64,000 bases of DNA. It comes from Staphylococcus phage vB_Sau_P68. Made by a program: the position numbers and the translations under genes. Within the stretch, counting starts at the first letter, position 1; each line of letters starts with the position of its first letter. The notes under the pieces were generated by a model. That model saw nothing but the letters and a program-made list of their open reading frames with translations, did no database searches and was not told the DNA's origin. The DNA lies in sequence record OL741057.1. One strand, written 5' to 3'. Below, in pieces: positions 45,965-56,653 of the stretch.

Positions 45965-46297
45965 TTAAAGTGACTCTAATTCTTGTAATTGCATTGGTGT
46001 AACTTGGTCTTCATATTTCTTAGCTAATTGACCATCTTTATAACCTATTAACACTGGAGTACTCATAATATCAAAAAGTTTAATTGCTTTCTCTCTATCT
46101 ACATCTTCTGCATCTAAATTAAGTGTTAAGATAGGTTTATTGATATCTCCTGATTCTTGGAACATAGGAATTACACTTTTTAAAATCTCACATTTACCAC
46201 AATTATCTTGAGTAATCATTACAATAACATCTTTCTTTTGTCTAATTGCTGTATTTAAGTCTACTAAACTATTCATTTTTTCCATCTTCTGAATCAT
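45965..46297 (-). CDS. thioredoxin/glutaredoxin-like protein
   Basis: CGKC active-site motif; sits next to the nrd genes. Confidence 0.65.
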   Translation of the reverse strand: MIQKMEKMNSLVDLNTAIRQKKDVIVMITQDNCGKCEILKSVIPMFQESGDINKPILTLNLDAEDVDREKAIKLFDIMSTPVLIGYKDGQLAKKYEDQVTPMQLQELESL

Positions 46298-46598
46298 CCT
46301 TTTCTAATGTTTTAATAATTTCGGGAAATGAGTTAACTACTGTTGCTTTCTGTGCTTCATAACCTTCTGCTAAGTCAATAAGTTTTAATTGTTCTGAGCC
46401 GTAAGATAAAGTATACATCGTCATATCATGCATAAACTCTAACTGAAATGACTTAGAAGTATCATCAGCTTTAGCATCCTTAGCGTTACTGAATAACTTC
46501 ATAGGGTCATTTATATCACTTACACATGAAAACTCATCATGTTTTTTAAATAGTGTTTCTGTTTTGCTTAATAAATCCATTGCTTCTTTTCTATCCAT
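46269..46598 (-). CDS. hypothetical protein (109 aa)
   Basis: ORF track. Confidence 0.5.
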   Translation of the reverse strand: MDRKEAMDLLSKTETLFKKHDEFSCVSDINDPMKLFSNAKDAKADDTSKSFQLEFMHDMTMYTLSYGSEQLKLIDLAEGYEAQKATVVNSFPEIIKTLEKDDSEDGKNE

Positions 46599-46615
46599 AA
46601 TATCTTTTCTCCTTT

Positions 46616-47665
46616 TTATAGGAATTCTTTAGCAATACTATATTCCTTACTATCTAAGAATGAGAAATCTTCATCCTTAATATCTTTGATATTTGTAGAT
46701 TTTTCATAGTCTGCTTTACCACTAAAGAAATCAACATTTCGTAATCTATCTACATTAGTTTGATTTTCTACAATAGGGTTATACGGTTCAGGATTAAAGT
46801 AGTCTTCTCTACCTAGGTTTTGAAGAGCTCTGTTAAAGTTATACTGAACATAGTTAATTACGTCTTCACTTAATTCTAATGGGTCATATAGGCTATGTGT
46901 ATATGCTACTTCATTAGTGTAAAGGATATCTAGTAATTCATAAGTTTCCTTATCTGCTAAGTTTTTCTCTTGTTCTGTTAAAAGATTATAATCATATTGA
47001 GCTGTTAATCCTACTGCTGAACCATGATAAGCTTCATCTTGGGTAATCTTATAAATGATAGCCCCTGATTGTGTCATCTGTCCTCTACCTGCAAGAAGTA
47101 GTGGGTAATAAAATCCTGAGTAGAATAATGCACTTTCTAAGAAGGCACTAGCTACTTTAGCCATATATCTATCGAATATAGTAGGGTTAGGTTTTAGTAA
47201 CTGGTCATAGTAATAACCAATAAACTGAGCTTTTACTTTTAAGAAGTCATTCTCTTCAACCCAAGTATCTAACAAATAGCTTGTCTCTTTATTATTTAGT
47301 AATGTTGTAAAGATATGACTATAGGATTTGGCATGTATCTCTTCCATACCACCCATAAACGCAAATACAGCTTGGTATTTAGGTCTTGGTTCATGATAGG
47401 ATACTAAGTTCATACCTTCCCCTCCTTGCTTTGTATCGAGCCCTGTGAGCCCTGCAAGGACTTTCTTATAAGTGTTCTTTTCACTCTCAGTTAAACTGTT
47501 CCAAGAACTTAAATCTCTTGATACATCAAACTCTTCAGGAGTCCAAAATTGAGAGATTCCTTGCTCCCAATAAATATCAGACATCCCGTCATCTTCAATA
47601 TTCCAGTTTGTTGCTTTTAATACTGCATTTTTATTATGTTGTTTTACTTTTTGTGTAATATCCAT
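46616..47665 (-). CDS. nrdF: ribonucleotide reductase class Ib beta subunit (start moved to MDITQKV)
   Basis: di-iron ligand pattern (E...H, FTPEEFD, EAYHG); RBS before the internal ATG removes the overlap with nrdE. Confidence 0.8.
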   Translation of the reverse strand: MDITQKVKQHNKNAVLKATNWNIEDDGMSDIYWEQGISQFWTPEEFDVSRDLSSWNSLTESEKNTYKKVLAGLTGLDTKQGGEGMNLVSYHEPRPKYQAVFAFMGGMEEIHAKSYSHIFTTLLNNKETSYLLDTWVEENDFLKVKAQFIGYYYDQLLKPNPTIFDRYMAKVASAFLESALFYSGFYYPLLLAGRGQMTQSGAIIYKITQDEAYHGSAVGLTAQYDYNLLTEQEKNLADKETYELLDILYTNEVAYTHSLYDPLELSEDVINYVQYNFNRALQNLGREDYFNPEPYNPIVENQTNVDRLRNVDFFSGKADYEKSTNIKDIKDEDFSFLDSKEYSIAKEFL

Positions 47666-47678
47666 ATCTATTTCCTTT

Positions 47679-49793
47679 CTAAACCGAACATGTTTCACAT
47701 TCAATAACAGAAAGTTTACGTGAACGTGTATAGTATAATGATTTTAATCCTTGTTCCCAAGCATAGTAATATAGTGATACTAACTTGTTAGTTGGTATTT
47801 CCGATTCTACATAAAGAATAGTAGATACTGCTTGGTCTGTGTGCTTCTGAACTACAGCACTTGTATTAATAATACGTTTATTATCAATCTTATAAGCTGT
47901 TTCTCCTTCATAGAAGAATTGAGTTATAGGACTTAGGTAAGGCATTGGGTAGTATGTCTCCATATCTCCATATTGTCTATTCTCAATAGCACTAGGTACA
48001 GGCATAATTGAGCTTGTAGCATTCTGTACGTATGATATAGATTGAGTAGGTGCTTCAGCTTTTCTATACCCATTATACAATCCATGAATTTTAACTGCTT
48101 TAGCCAATTCATCCCAATCATCTTGAGTTGGAATATAAATTTTACTTAATACTTTCTTAGCTTTTTCTGTTTTAGGTTGGTTAGACTCTCTAATATATCT
48201 TACAAAGTATTCACCTGTAGCATAATCAGACTTTTCAAACCCTTTAAATGGTTTCCCTGTTTCTTTAGCCATTAACATAGAAGTTTTAATAGATTGGAAA
48301 TTAATAGCACTGTATAAACTATTTACTAAGTCTAATGCTTCTCTAGAACCGTAACTAATCATATTCTTAGCTAAAAGTCCATGTAAATTCATTGAGCCTA
48401 AACCGATAGCTCTGATGTCATCATTTGCTTTCTGAACACTAGGTAAATATGGTAAATCCATAATATCAGTAACTTTAGTTAATGCTCTTGTTCCGATATC
48501 TACAGATTCATTTAATAAACCTTTTTCAACTACATTAACTAGGTTAAGTGAACCTAATGTACAAACAACATCTCTATTAATAACATTCTTATTGCTGTGT
48601 GCATAAGGGTGTATTTCTGATACCTCTTGTAATTGTGAAATTTCTGTACATAAGTTACTCATTTTAACTTTACCTAAGTTTTTAAGAGGGTGGTTATCAT
48701 TAGCATTATCAACATAGAATACATAAGGGTAACCTGATTCTAATTGAGTTTTAGCAATATCTGTCATGACTTCTCTAGCATCATGTTTTACTTTACCAAT
48801 CTTATCATTAGTTAATAGTTCTTCGTACCATTCATCAATGTTTAGTTCATCTAGATACTTACCGTATACTTTATTAATATCATAAGTGTCAAAAGTATAG
48901 AAAGGTTTACCTTCTTTAACTAATTCCATAAACTTATTAGGAATTGTAACGCCAATAGATAATTTATCTAATCTAACTGATTCACTGGCATTAATTTTCT
49001 TAGAACTTAATAAATCCAAGATATCATTATGGAAAATATTAAGGTATACTGCACCACTACCTTGTCTAACTCCGCCTTGGTCATAAATACCTACTTTATG
49101 TTCAATAGCTTTAGCAAAAGCAATAACACCTTTACTTGAGTTAGGTCTATTACGTACTGGAGCACCTTTAGGTCTAATTCTAGTTAAGTCAATTGCAACT
49201 CCGCCACCATTAGAACTAGCGTTAGCTACACTATCTTCAACAAAGTTTAGAGACTCAATTGAATCATCTACTACAAATAGGTAACATGAACTTAGTTCAC
49301 CTCTATTGGCTTGTCCTGAGTTATTATACGTAGGTGTAGATGGTTGGAATGTTTGTTCCATAAGTTGTACTAGTAATTCTCTAGCTTTTACATAATCATT
49401 TTGGAATAGATATAAAGCTACTCGAACGTTATGTTGCTCATAATCTTCAACAAAAATAGGTTTCTTATCTTCATCATACTGTTTTGATGCATAAGACTCA
49501 TAAAACTTCTGACCTGCCATGAAACTAGGGAACTTAAAGTTAAAACTATAAGCTAACTTAGACATTTCATCAATAATAGTATCAGGAACACTATCAAATA
49601 TCTTATCATAAGTTCCTTCTTCTGTCAATACTCTAATTCTTTCTACTTCACTACTAAATTTTCTTGTGTTATCATCAATATATTTTAAATACTCATCTAA
49701 AGCTTCTTGGTCTTTATAGAGTTTATTTTTTCCATTATCATCTAATTGAGTTATCTCGTTGTTTAACTCAATCCATTTACCATATGTTGCCAT
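47679..49793 (-). CDS. nrdE: ribonucleotide reductase class Ib alpha subunit; intact, no intron
   Basis: 704 aa; RNR large-subunit motifs (NLCTEI, C-terminal Cys pair). Confidence 0.85.
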   Translation of the reverse strand: MATYGKWIELNNEITQLDDNGKNKLYKDQEALDEYLKYIDDNTRKFSSEVERIRVLTEEGTYDKIFDSVPDTIIDEMSKLAYSFNFKFPSFMAGQKFYESYASKQYDEDKKPIFVEDYEQHNVRVALYLFQNDYVKARELLVQLMEQTFQPSTPTYNNSGQANRGELSSCYLFVVDDSIESLNFVEDSVANASSNGGGVAIDLTRIRPKGAPVRNRPNSSKGVIAFAKAIEHKVGIYDQGGVRQGSGAVYLNIFHNDILDLLSSKKINASESVRLDKLSIGVTIPNKFMELVKEGKPFYTFDTYDINKVYGKYLDELNIDEWYEELLTNDKIGKVKHDAREVMTDIAKTQLESGYPYVFYVDNANDNHPLKNLGKVKMSNLCTEISQLQEVSEIHPYAHSNKNVINRDVVCTLGSLNLVNVVEKGLLNESVDIGTRALTKVTDIMDLPYLPSVQKANDDIRAIGLGSMNLHGLLAKNMISYGSREALDLVNSLYSAINFQSIKTSMLMAKETGKPFKGFEKSDYATGEYFVRYIRESNQPKTEKAKKVLSKIYIPTQDDWDELAKAVKIHGLYNGYRKAEAPTQSISYVQNATSSIMPVPSAIENRQYGDMETYYPMPYLSPITQFFYEGETAYKIDNKRIINTSAVVQKHTDQAVSTILYVESEIPTNKLVSLYYYAWEQGLKSLYYTRSRKLSVIECETCSV

Positions 49794-49807
49794 ATATCTC
49801 TCATCCT

Positions 49808-50239
49808 TTACGCTACTTTATATTTATTACTAAAGTGTTCTAATATTGGTTGTATTTCGTTAAAGTGTCCTGATTGCTCTACTTTAGCAATTAAAGGAAT
49901 CTTAAACATCTCTGAAATCTTTGTACTTGCTCCACAGAAATTAGAGCCCCATTGTTTATTTCCTGTACCAATAACTTCTTTAGGGCTCCCATTAATTTCT
50001 AAGAATCTTTCTATTTGTTTAGGTATTGCACCTTTCATATAGGTAGGTGTTATTAGTATAAAAGGTTTATCTACTTTCTCTTTTCCATTCTTAACCCTAA
50101 ACGTTTCAAATGAATTATTAATATTAATTTTGTTTACTAGTCGTTCTGTTTGTCCTGTACCTGAAAAATATACAATTAACGGTCTTTCTTTACTTGTCAT
50201 ACTTATCTTACCTTCCTTATATATCACTAAGAAGGTCAT
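49808..50239 (-). CDS. nrdI: NrdI flavodoxin-like protein
   Basis: LIVYFSGTGQTERL; 143 aa; immediately upstream of nrdE. Confidence 0.75.
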   Translation of the reverse strand: MTFLVIYKEGKISMTSKERPLIVYFSGTGQTERLVNKININNSFETFRVKNGKEKVDKPFILITPTYMKGAIPKQIERFLEINGSPKEVIGTGNKQWGSNFCGASTKISEMFKIPLIAKVEQSGHFNEIQPILEHFSNKYKVA

Positions 50240-50825
50240 TAATCAATTCATCTTCATGCTTACTTACTTCAGATAAATTAGACTCGACCTTCTTGTATGG
50301 TTTTACATCTTTTTTGTCGTAGCAAGATATAATATAAGAAGGTGTAAATGAGGTCAACCCATTCATGGTAGTTATAAGGACATCATAAAAAAATTTATCT
50401 TTTCTAATATTATCAATAATAAAATCTGTTCTCATAACAGGGTATTCATTATCTCTTAAGTCCTCATATACTTTTTCATCATAAGGTAAAGCAACATAAC
50501 TCTGAGCTCTGTTTCTAGTAAATATTAAGCAGGGTGTCTTATTCACCTTACTACTATCATTAATAACTTGTTCCCACCATGTATGTGGCTCTCTATTGTT
50601 TAGAAGAACATTATCTATAGTCCATTCTTCTCTATGTTTACATTCAACTACTAAAGGAAAATTAGCTTCCTGAGGTACTACTATATCTCCGACAGCATTA
50701 TTATCTTTACCCCAAGAGGCACCACCTGATTGGGGAGACCTATTAAATTGGTACCCCCACCAAGAAGTTAGTTCTTTAGCTATTTTACGTTCGAATGTAT
50801 CTCCCTTTTTCTTACTGTTCGTCAT
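50217..50825 (-). CDS. PD-(D/E)xK-like nuclease, possibly a resolvase
   Basis: GDIVVP...VVECKHRE; position after the primase. Confidence 0.4.
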   Translation of the reverse strand: MTNSKKKGDTFERKIAKELTSWWGYQFNRSPQSGGASWGKDNNAVGDIVVPQEANFPLVVECKHREEWTIDNVLLNNREPHTWWEQVINDSSKVNKTPCLIFTRNRAQSYVALPYDEKVYEDLRDNEYPVMRTDFIIDNIRKDKFFYDVLITTMNGLTSFTPSYIISCYDKKDVKPYKKVESNLSEVSKHEDELINDLLSDI

Positions 50826-51264
50826 TTTTCTTCAACTGAATTACTTTTTCATTGCTGTCAGATTCAGTTTCTTTTTGTACTTCTTCTTGTTGTTTTTGAC
50901 GTAATTCTTCTTGCTTCTCTTTTAAGTAAGCTTCTCGTTTCTCATTTAACTTATCTTTAGCTTTTTCAACTTGTTCTTGAGTTACTCCTAACTCATCTTC
51001 CATGATAATCATCATTAAGTCAATTGCATTAAATGCGTCATTAAAATCCCCTGAAATCTCTTGAACTGTAACAGCATTAAGAACTTTAGCAATACGAGTT
51101 GCTTCTTCTAAAGAAACACTACGTGAACCGATTCTATCTAATTGTTTAGCTGTTTTTTCATCAACTTGTTTACCATCAACAGTTCCTTGAACTACAGCTT
51201 CAATCCATTTCTCCATGTCTGCTTGACTAATACCTTTTGTGTGTGTGCTAATATTTTTTTCCAT
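50812..51264 (-). CDS. hypothetical acidic coiled-coil protein (150 aa)
   Basis: ORF track. Confidence 0.5.
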   Translation of the reverse strand: MEKNISTHTKGISQADMEKWIEAVVQGTVDGKQVDEKTAKQLDRIGSRSVSLEEATRIAKVLNAVTVQEISGDFNDAFNAIDLMMIIMEDELGVTQEQVEKAKDKLNEKREAYLKEKQEELRQKQQEEVQKETESDSNEKVIQLKKNDEQ

Positions 51265-51602
51265 TATTCTTGTTCTCCTTTTTCTTCTTCATTTTTAGGT
51301 TCTTCTTGTGATTTATCAATTGATTCTTGAATGTAGCCTAATACATCTTCATTAATAAGCTCTGCTTTATACAAAGCATCAATTAAAATATTTAAGTTTA
51401 ATTCATTGTTGTATTCTAAGTCTGTCATTTGCTCATTAACACCTAACATAAGGTTAGTAATAGCTTTAGCTACGTCTGTTAATGTTGCTGTTTCTTCTTT
51501 ACCCATTTCTTCTAATTGATGTTGTCGTTGCTCATTACCTACTCTTAAAGCTGTAATGTACTCATCTACAAATTCTAAAATATCTTTTTTATTATTTGAC
51601 AT
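51264..51602 (-). CDS. hypothetical acidic protein (112 aa)
   Basis: ORF track. Confidence 0.5.
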   Translation of the reverse strand: MSNNKKDILEFVDEYITALRVGNEQRQHQLEEMGKEETATLTDVAKAITNLMLGVNEQMTDLEYNNELNLNILIDALYKAELINEDVLGYIQESIDKSQEEPKNEEEKGEQE

Positions 51603-51667
51603 TATTTTTTTCTCCTTTATTAATTACTTAAGTACTAGTATAACATAAAACTTCTCTGAGGTCAAGC

Positions 51668-52735
51668 CTAAAGTTTAAGTTTTTGTTGTATTTTGTAACT
51701 CTGTATACTTTCAGGTGTTACTAATACTCGATTCTGTTTTAGTAACTCAAAAGCTTTTCTTGTTCCCATATCATTTGCATCCTCGTCACCATGAGGTACA
51801 AAGTAAACTTTGTTAAAATGTGTTTTTAGTTTATAGGCTAAATCTATATTATTATCTAATGCATCAGTATCTAACATAATATATATTGATGTATCTACAC
51901 TAACATAATCAATTATTTTTTTTATTTGGTTTTCTGTTACTTGTTTCCCTAGTGTTGCTACTCCATATTCATGAAAGGTTAAAGCATCAAATACACCTTC
52001 AGTTATAACTAAGAATTTTTTCTTTCTTGCTATATTTAAATTAAATATGACATCTTTTCTTCCTACTTCATCTTGTTTAGCCGGAGCATTAATAGATTTA
52101 ATATAAGGGTTATTCTCTATACTTCGGGTATTCCAATATTGGTAGTTTCCATCATTATCATACGTAAAGAATATAATACTGTTCCTTAATGATACTTTTG
52201 ATTCTCCATCAACTTTATAGAAGCTCCCATTAATAACATAACCTATATTATTATTAATGATTTGCTCTAAAGTTATACCTCTACCTTTTAAGTATTTTAA
52301 AAAAGGTATAATCTCTCTATTATTTAAATTATCTTTTAATAATTTATATCCATCAGGTAATCGAGGTGGTTTAATACTAGTATTTCCTTTATCTTGATGT
52401 ACTCCTCTAAGCATTAATATAAGTTTCTCTGATTCTGTTAAATCCTTATTATTAGTTGTAAGTAAAGGGGCTCTCTCTATATCTATATTCTTAGACTCTA
52501 ATAAGTCAAAAGCTTGTTTACCTGTAATGTTGTAATAGGTCTTCATAAATGTAATAGGGTTACCTGATTCATCACATTTTTTACAATGGTATTGACCATT
52601 ACTAGAGTCTAAAGCTTGCTTAACATAGAACTTATAACTTTTTTCTCCACAAAACGGACAACAGTATCTTAGCTCACCTATAGTATTCTCTTTTGGTTCT
52701 CCTAATTCTTGGGTTAAAAAGTCTTCAAACCTCAT
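51668..52735 (-). CDS. DNA primase (zinc-binding domain + Toprim)
   Basis: CCPFCGEKS...HCKKCDESG; Toprim ITEGVFDALT. Confidence 0.75.
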   Translation of the reverse strand: MRFEDFLTQELGEPKENTIGELRYCCPFCGEKSYKFYVKQALDSSNGQYHCKKCDESGNPITFMKTYYNITGKQAFDLLESKNIDIERAPLLTTNNKDLTESEKLILMLRGVHQDKGNTSIKPPRLPDGYKLLKDNLNNREIIPFLKYLKGRGITLEQIINNNIGYVINGSFYKVDGESKVSLRNSIIFFTYDNDGNYQYWNTRSIENNPYIKSINAPAKQDEVGRKDVIFNLNIARKKKFLVITEGVFDALTFHEYGVATLGKQVTENQIKKIIDYVSVDTSIYIMLDTDALDNNIDLAYKLKTHFNKVYFVPHGDEDANDMGTRKAFELLKQNRVLVTPESIQSYKIQQKLKL

Positions 52736-52749
52736 AATATCCTTCCTTA

Positions 52750-53346
52750 CTATTTACTAATTTTTTTCATCAGTAGTAACATATTGTAAATCTGTCCTAG
52801 GTCACTATAAGTTAAGTCTACAGAAAAATCACTCTCTTTAAGTGCTTCATTTAATTGTGACTCTTCTGATTTCATGTTAAAGATTCTCAATTCTTCTTCT
52901 GTTTTACCTTCTAGGTATCTAGTAACAACAATAGTTTTAAGACTTTGGAATATAACTCCAATATCTCTGAACCCTTGTTCTACAATGCTAGCATCATACT
53001 CTTCTGTTATAACAGGTAAACCATATTGTTTAGCTTTCTCAATAATCTTTAAATTATCTTTACGTACTGCAGGGTTATACCAATACCCTATTTTACATCT
53101 ATGATTATTATCTCTAATAATATCTTGATTATTATCCTCTAAACCATAAGAAGAAGGTAAGGTAGAACGTAATCTTTTTAATTCTAAATATTCTCCATTT
53201 CTGCTTAACTTGTATTCATAAGCATTACTTAAAGGGTACCAATCAACTAAGTTAGCCGTAGGTACATTATCTATCGTTTTGTGCTCCTTATTACGATGAA
53301 ACACATTAAGTGTTGCATTCTCTTTATCTAAAATCTTTAATTTCAT
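52750..53346 (-). CDS. hypothetical protein (198 aa)
   Basis: ORF track. Confidence 0.55.
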   Translation of the reverse strand: MKLKILDKENATLNVFHRNKEHKTIDNVPTANLVDWYPLSNAYEYKLSRNGEYLELKRLRSTLPSSYGLEDNNQDIIRDNNHRCKIGYWYNPAVRKDNLKIIEKAKQYGLPVITEEYDASIVEQGFRDIGVIFQSLKTIVVTRYLEGKTEEELRIFNMKSEESQLNEALKESDFSVDLTYSDLGQIYNMLLLMKKISK

Positions 53347-55286
53347 TATTTTTCCTCCAATTTTGATATTCCATTTTCTTTTACTATTTTAATTGTTTGT
53401 TCAAACAGCGGTTTAAGTTCTGTATTGTGGGTAATTACAAATATAGTTCCTACTGTATTAAGTCTATCCTTTAATAACTTAATTACATTTTCACATCCTA
53501 CAGTATCTAACCCATCAAAACATTCATCATAAAGTGCAATATTTGTAGATATATCATCTTTACTCATAATTAAATCCTGAATTGCAAAACTAATTGCTAA
53601 GTCAATACGTTTTTGTTCTCCTGCTGAGTTTGATTTGTATGAGCCTCCGCCCTTACTATTTTTAACAATAACATCAAACTTATCTTTTAGTTCTCCTTTA
53701 GCATTCTTCACTTGCGTTTGGAATTCTATTTCAATATCTGAACCTGATAAAGTTTGAAGGTACTCATTAGCTTTCTCATTTAAGAAAGGTGTAATAAAAT
53801 CTAACACTACTGAACGTATACCTTTATTACTAAAAGCATCTACAGCTTGTTGGTATTTACCTTTCTTACTTTCTAATTGTACTATATTCTCCTCATGTTT
53901 GTCAATAGCATTTTGCAATTCTTTTTTATCTTCTTCATGTTTTTCTTTGCTCGGTTCTTCTCTTTCTAAACCTTGAACGGATTGATGCTGATATTTTACT
54001 TTTAAATAAGTTTTATTATTTTCTAATGAACTAATATCCGATTTAATTTTAGAAACCTCTTGAATGAGACTATTAATCTTGTTGTTATGTTCTCGTTCTT
54101 GTTGGTCTTCTTGGGTCATTTTATCTTTAATTTCTTGTGCTTTATTATTTACTTTATCAATAGCTTCTTTATACGTATCTTTCATTCCTAATACACTAGT
54201 AACTTCTTGTTTCTTACTCTCAATCTGATTATTGATATTTTCCTGCTCTTTTAATTTATGAGAGTTATCTATAGGAGAGCCACAAACAGGACAATGGTCG
54301 TTTGTATCTAACTGATTTAAGCTATTATTTAGTGTAGCTATCTCAGATTTCAGTACCTGTTCCTTAGTATTATAATCTGTGTATACTTGATTTAATTCAG
54401 TTAATTTATTAGAAAGTAAATCTAGGCTCTGAGAGGCTTTATTATAGTCCTCTGAGTGCTTAAATTGTTCATCAGGTATTGTTGGTACCTGTGAAGTTAA
54501 TTGCTCTATTTGAGCTTCTATTTGCTTCTCCTCTTGCTCTCTTAATCTATCTTTCTCTTTATTACTGTTTTCTATCTGAACTAATTGTTCTTTATATTGA
54601 TTGTACTGTTCTACTTCCTTTTGAAAGTATTCATCTTTTGTAGATAACTGATATCCTAATTTATCTATTTCTTGTCTTAGGTTATTCTGTTGTTCTTCTA
54701 CCTCTTTAACTTTCTCTTTTGCTATATCTTGTGCTTGCTTATATACATCTGTTTTAGTAATGGATTCAAGAATTTCTTTCTTACCTTTATCTGTTGCTTG
54801 AGAGAACATAGGAATGTCTCCTTGACCATACATGATAGCATTGACATACGTATTAAACTCAATACCAAATAAATCCTGTATCTGCTTATCAGTAACATCA
54901 TTTGTTGAGCCTGTAATTTCGTTATCATTAACAAACAATTTAACTTTATTCTTATTCTCTTTATCCTTACGATAACGCTCAATTAAATAACTGTCTTCTC
55001 CAATATCAAACTTAAGTTTAACAGATGTATTTTTCTTCTCAATGTTATTTACTACATCATCTGCTTTTAACCCTTTTTCAGTTTTACCGTATAAAGCATA
55101 AGTAATGGCAGATATTAAAGTTGATTTACCGGAACCATTAGAATGAAATGACTCATTGGATTTATTTTCACCCTCAATGAGAATGAGACCTCTATTATCT
55201 AACTCTAATGTAGCCTCTTTAATTGCTAAAAAATTATTAACTTCTACTTGTTTAAATACTACCATTATAGAACCTCCTTCAAGCAT
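53346..55286 (-). CDS. SbcC/Rad50-like recombination ATPase
   Basis: Walker A GSGKST; long coiled coil with CPVCG zinc hook; C-terminal LYDECFDGLD. Confidence 0.8.
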   Translation of the reverse strand: MLEGGSIMVVFKQVEVNNFLAIKEATLELDNRGLILIEGENKSNESFHSNGSGKSTLISAITYALYGKTEKGLKADDVVNNIEKKNTSVKLKFDIGEDSYLIERYRKDKENKNKVKLFVNDNEITGSTNDVTDKQIQDLFGIEFNTYVNAIMYGQGDIPMFSQATDKGKKEILESITKTDVYKQAQDIAKEKVKEVEEQQNNLRQEIDKLGYQLSTKDEYFQKEVEQYNQYKEQLVQIENSNKEKDRLREQEEKQIEAQIEQLTSQVPTIPDEQFKHSEDYNKASQSLDLLSNKLTELNQVYTDYNTKEQVLKSEIATLNNSLNQLDTNDHCPVCGSPIDNSHKLKEQENINNQIESKKQEVTSVLGMKDTYKEAIDKVNNKAQEIKDKMTQEDQQEREHNNKINSLIQEVSKIKSDISSLENNKTYLKVKYQHQSVQGLEREEPSKEKHEEDKKELQNAIDKHEENIVQLESKKGKYQQAVDAFSNKGIRSVVLDFITPFLNEKANEYLQTLSGSDIEIEFQTQVKNAKGELKDKFDVIVKNSKGGGSYKSNSAGEQKRIDLAISFAIQDLIMSKDDISTNIALYDECFDGLDTVGCENVIKLLKDRLNTVGTIFVITHNTELKPLFEQTIKIVKENGISKLEEK

Positions 55287-56293
55287 TCAAGTATTTCTTG
55301 TTCTGATTCAGGTGAATATTGCTTAGCATAAGTACTAGCAATTGTTAGAGGGTCATCAGATACATCACTTTCTATACGTTTCTCTACAGTATACTCTTTT
55401 TTAATCTGAACCTCAACATTTTTATCCTTCATACTGTCATCCATTTCTAACACTTTAGCATGGTTTGAAGTACCAATTAACCTAATAAAATTATCTTCAT
55501 CTATTAATTGGTCAAAGTTTTCAGGTATATCTTCTCCCTGGATAGTAATAAATCTACGTGTATGAATTGGAATAAATTCTGTAGTCATCTTTTCCGTATC
55601 TATTAAATGAACACCATTAGCTTCTTGCTCATCAGAAAATGACTGTTGCATTAATGAGCCTCCATAAAAATGGTTTGGGTTTTTGAAATATTGTCTTCTA
55701 TGGTAATGTCCTAATAGAATAAAAGCATAGTTATCGGGTAATAAATCAGGATAACCAAAAGCACCTTCTAGTCTATGAGAGCCTTTACCAGTTAAAGACC
55801 CTTCTACGCCTAAATGACCTACTAGAACATTTACTTTACCTTCTTGGTAGCTCTTTTTAATAAATTCTTTAATCTCTTCAGTCTCATCTCCATAAGCACA
55901 CATTGTTAGTTGTACCGTATCACTTAAAGGTTCACTTCGTAAAGACTTAGTTACTTCTACGTTAGGTAACGTTTCAAATATATCTATACTTGAATCAGTA
56001 TATAATGAGTTACTCACAGCATCATGATTTCCTCTAACCATGTAAACTTTAACGTCTTGGTTACTAGCAAATGTTTCAAAGACCTTGTTATACACTCTAG
56101 TATCTACTGAATTACGTTTATGAAATAGGTCTCCTCCAAAAATAACTGTAGCTTCTTCTTCTCTAGCAATATCAAAAACTTTCTGTAATGCTTCTATCTG
56201 CTCTTTAAATCTATCATTTACATAATCTTCATCAGGTTTTGCATAGTTTGTAAATAAATGAAAATGACTATCAGTAAAAAATACAAATTTCAT
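55265..56293 (-). CDS. SbcD/Mre11-like nuclease (metallophosphoesterase)
   Basis: FTDSHFH, GGDLFH, GNHD, GHYH. Confidence 0.8.
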   Translation of the reverse strand: MKFVFFTDSHFHLFTNYAKPDEDYVNDRFKEQIEALQKVFDIAREEEATVIFGGDLFHKRNSVDTRVYNKVFETFASNQDVKVYMVRGNHDAVSNSLYTDSSIDIFETLPNVEVTKSLRSEPLSDTVQLTMCAYGDETEEIKEFIKKSYQEGKVNVLVGHLGVEGSLTGKGSHRLEGAFGYPDLLPDNYAFILLGHYHRRQYFKNPNHFYGGSLMQQSFSDEQEANGVHLIDTEKMTTEFIPIHTRRFITIQGEDIPENFDQLIDEDNFIRLIGTSNHAKVLEMDDSMKDKNVEVQIKKEYTVEKRIESDVSDDPLTIASTYAKQYSPESEQEILECLKEVL

Positions 56294-56607
56294 TATTCAT
56301 CCTCCAAATTCTCTTCAACAAGTTTGTTTATATGTTTTTCTAGTTCGTCAGATGAAGTGTCTACATCATTTACATAGGTAGTTATTTTATTATTGTTATC
56401 TGTCAAAATAATTGTATTTGGTTTATATTCAAGCTCAAACACTCTATCTTGCGGACTTGCTACTTCAATTGTCATCCCTTTAGTTTCTGTCTCACTTGTT
56501 AGGAATATTACATATCCTTCCGGTTTAGTGCTATTAAAAAATCTAAAGTTAATTATTGGGTCAAAATTTCTCATTATAAATCTCTCCTCTTTTTGTTTAT
56601 AAAACAA
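56293..56607 (-). CDS. hypothetical protein (104 aa)
   Basis: ORF track. Confidence 0.5.
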   Translation of the reverse strand: MFYKQKEERFIMRNFDPIINFRFFNSTKPEGYVIFLTSETETKGMTIEVASPQDRVFELEYKPNTIILTDNNNKITTYVNDVDTSSDELEKHINKLVEENLEDE

Positions 56608-56635
56608 TTATACCACCTAACATATAAAATGTCAA
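56607..56635 (-). promoter_or_regulatory. promoter (minus: TTGACA-N17-TATAAT)
   Basis: sequence. Confidence 0.6.
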
Positions 56636-56653
56636 GTGGTATAGATTAAAAAT

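Noticed and set aside
47933-48121. 62-aa ORF inside nrdE, and other small ORFs nested in the large replication genes (41367..41555, 41751..41975, 54690..54982, 56760..56999, 57534..57791, 59082..59273, 59832..60047, 61036..61251, 62311..62496)
   Set aside because: Nested within conserved enzyme-coding frames; no independent signals.
46616-49793. Introns in nrdE or nrdF, as occur in some Twort-like phages
   Set aside because: Both ORFs are full-length (704 aa and ~350 aa), with continuous RNR motifs and no internal stops or endonuclease ORFs.
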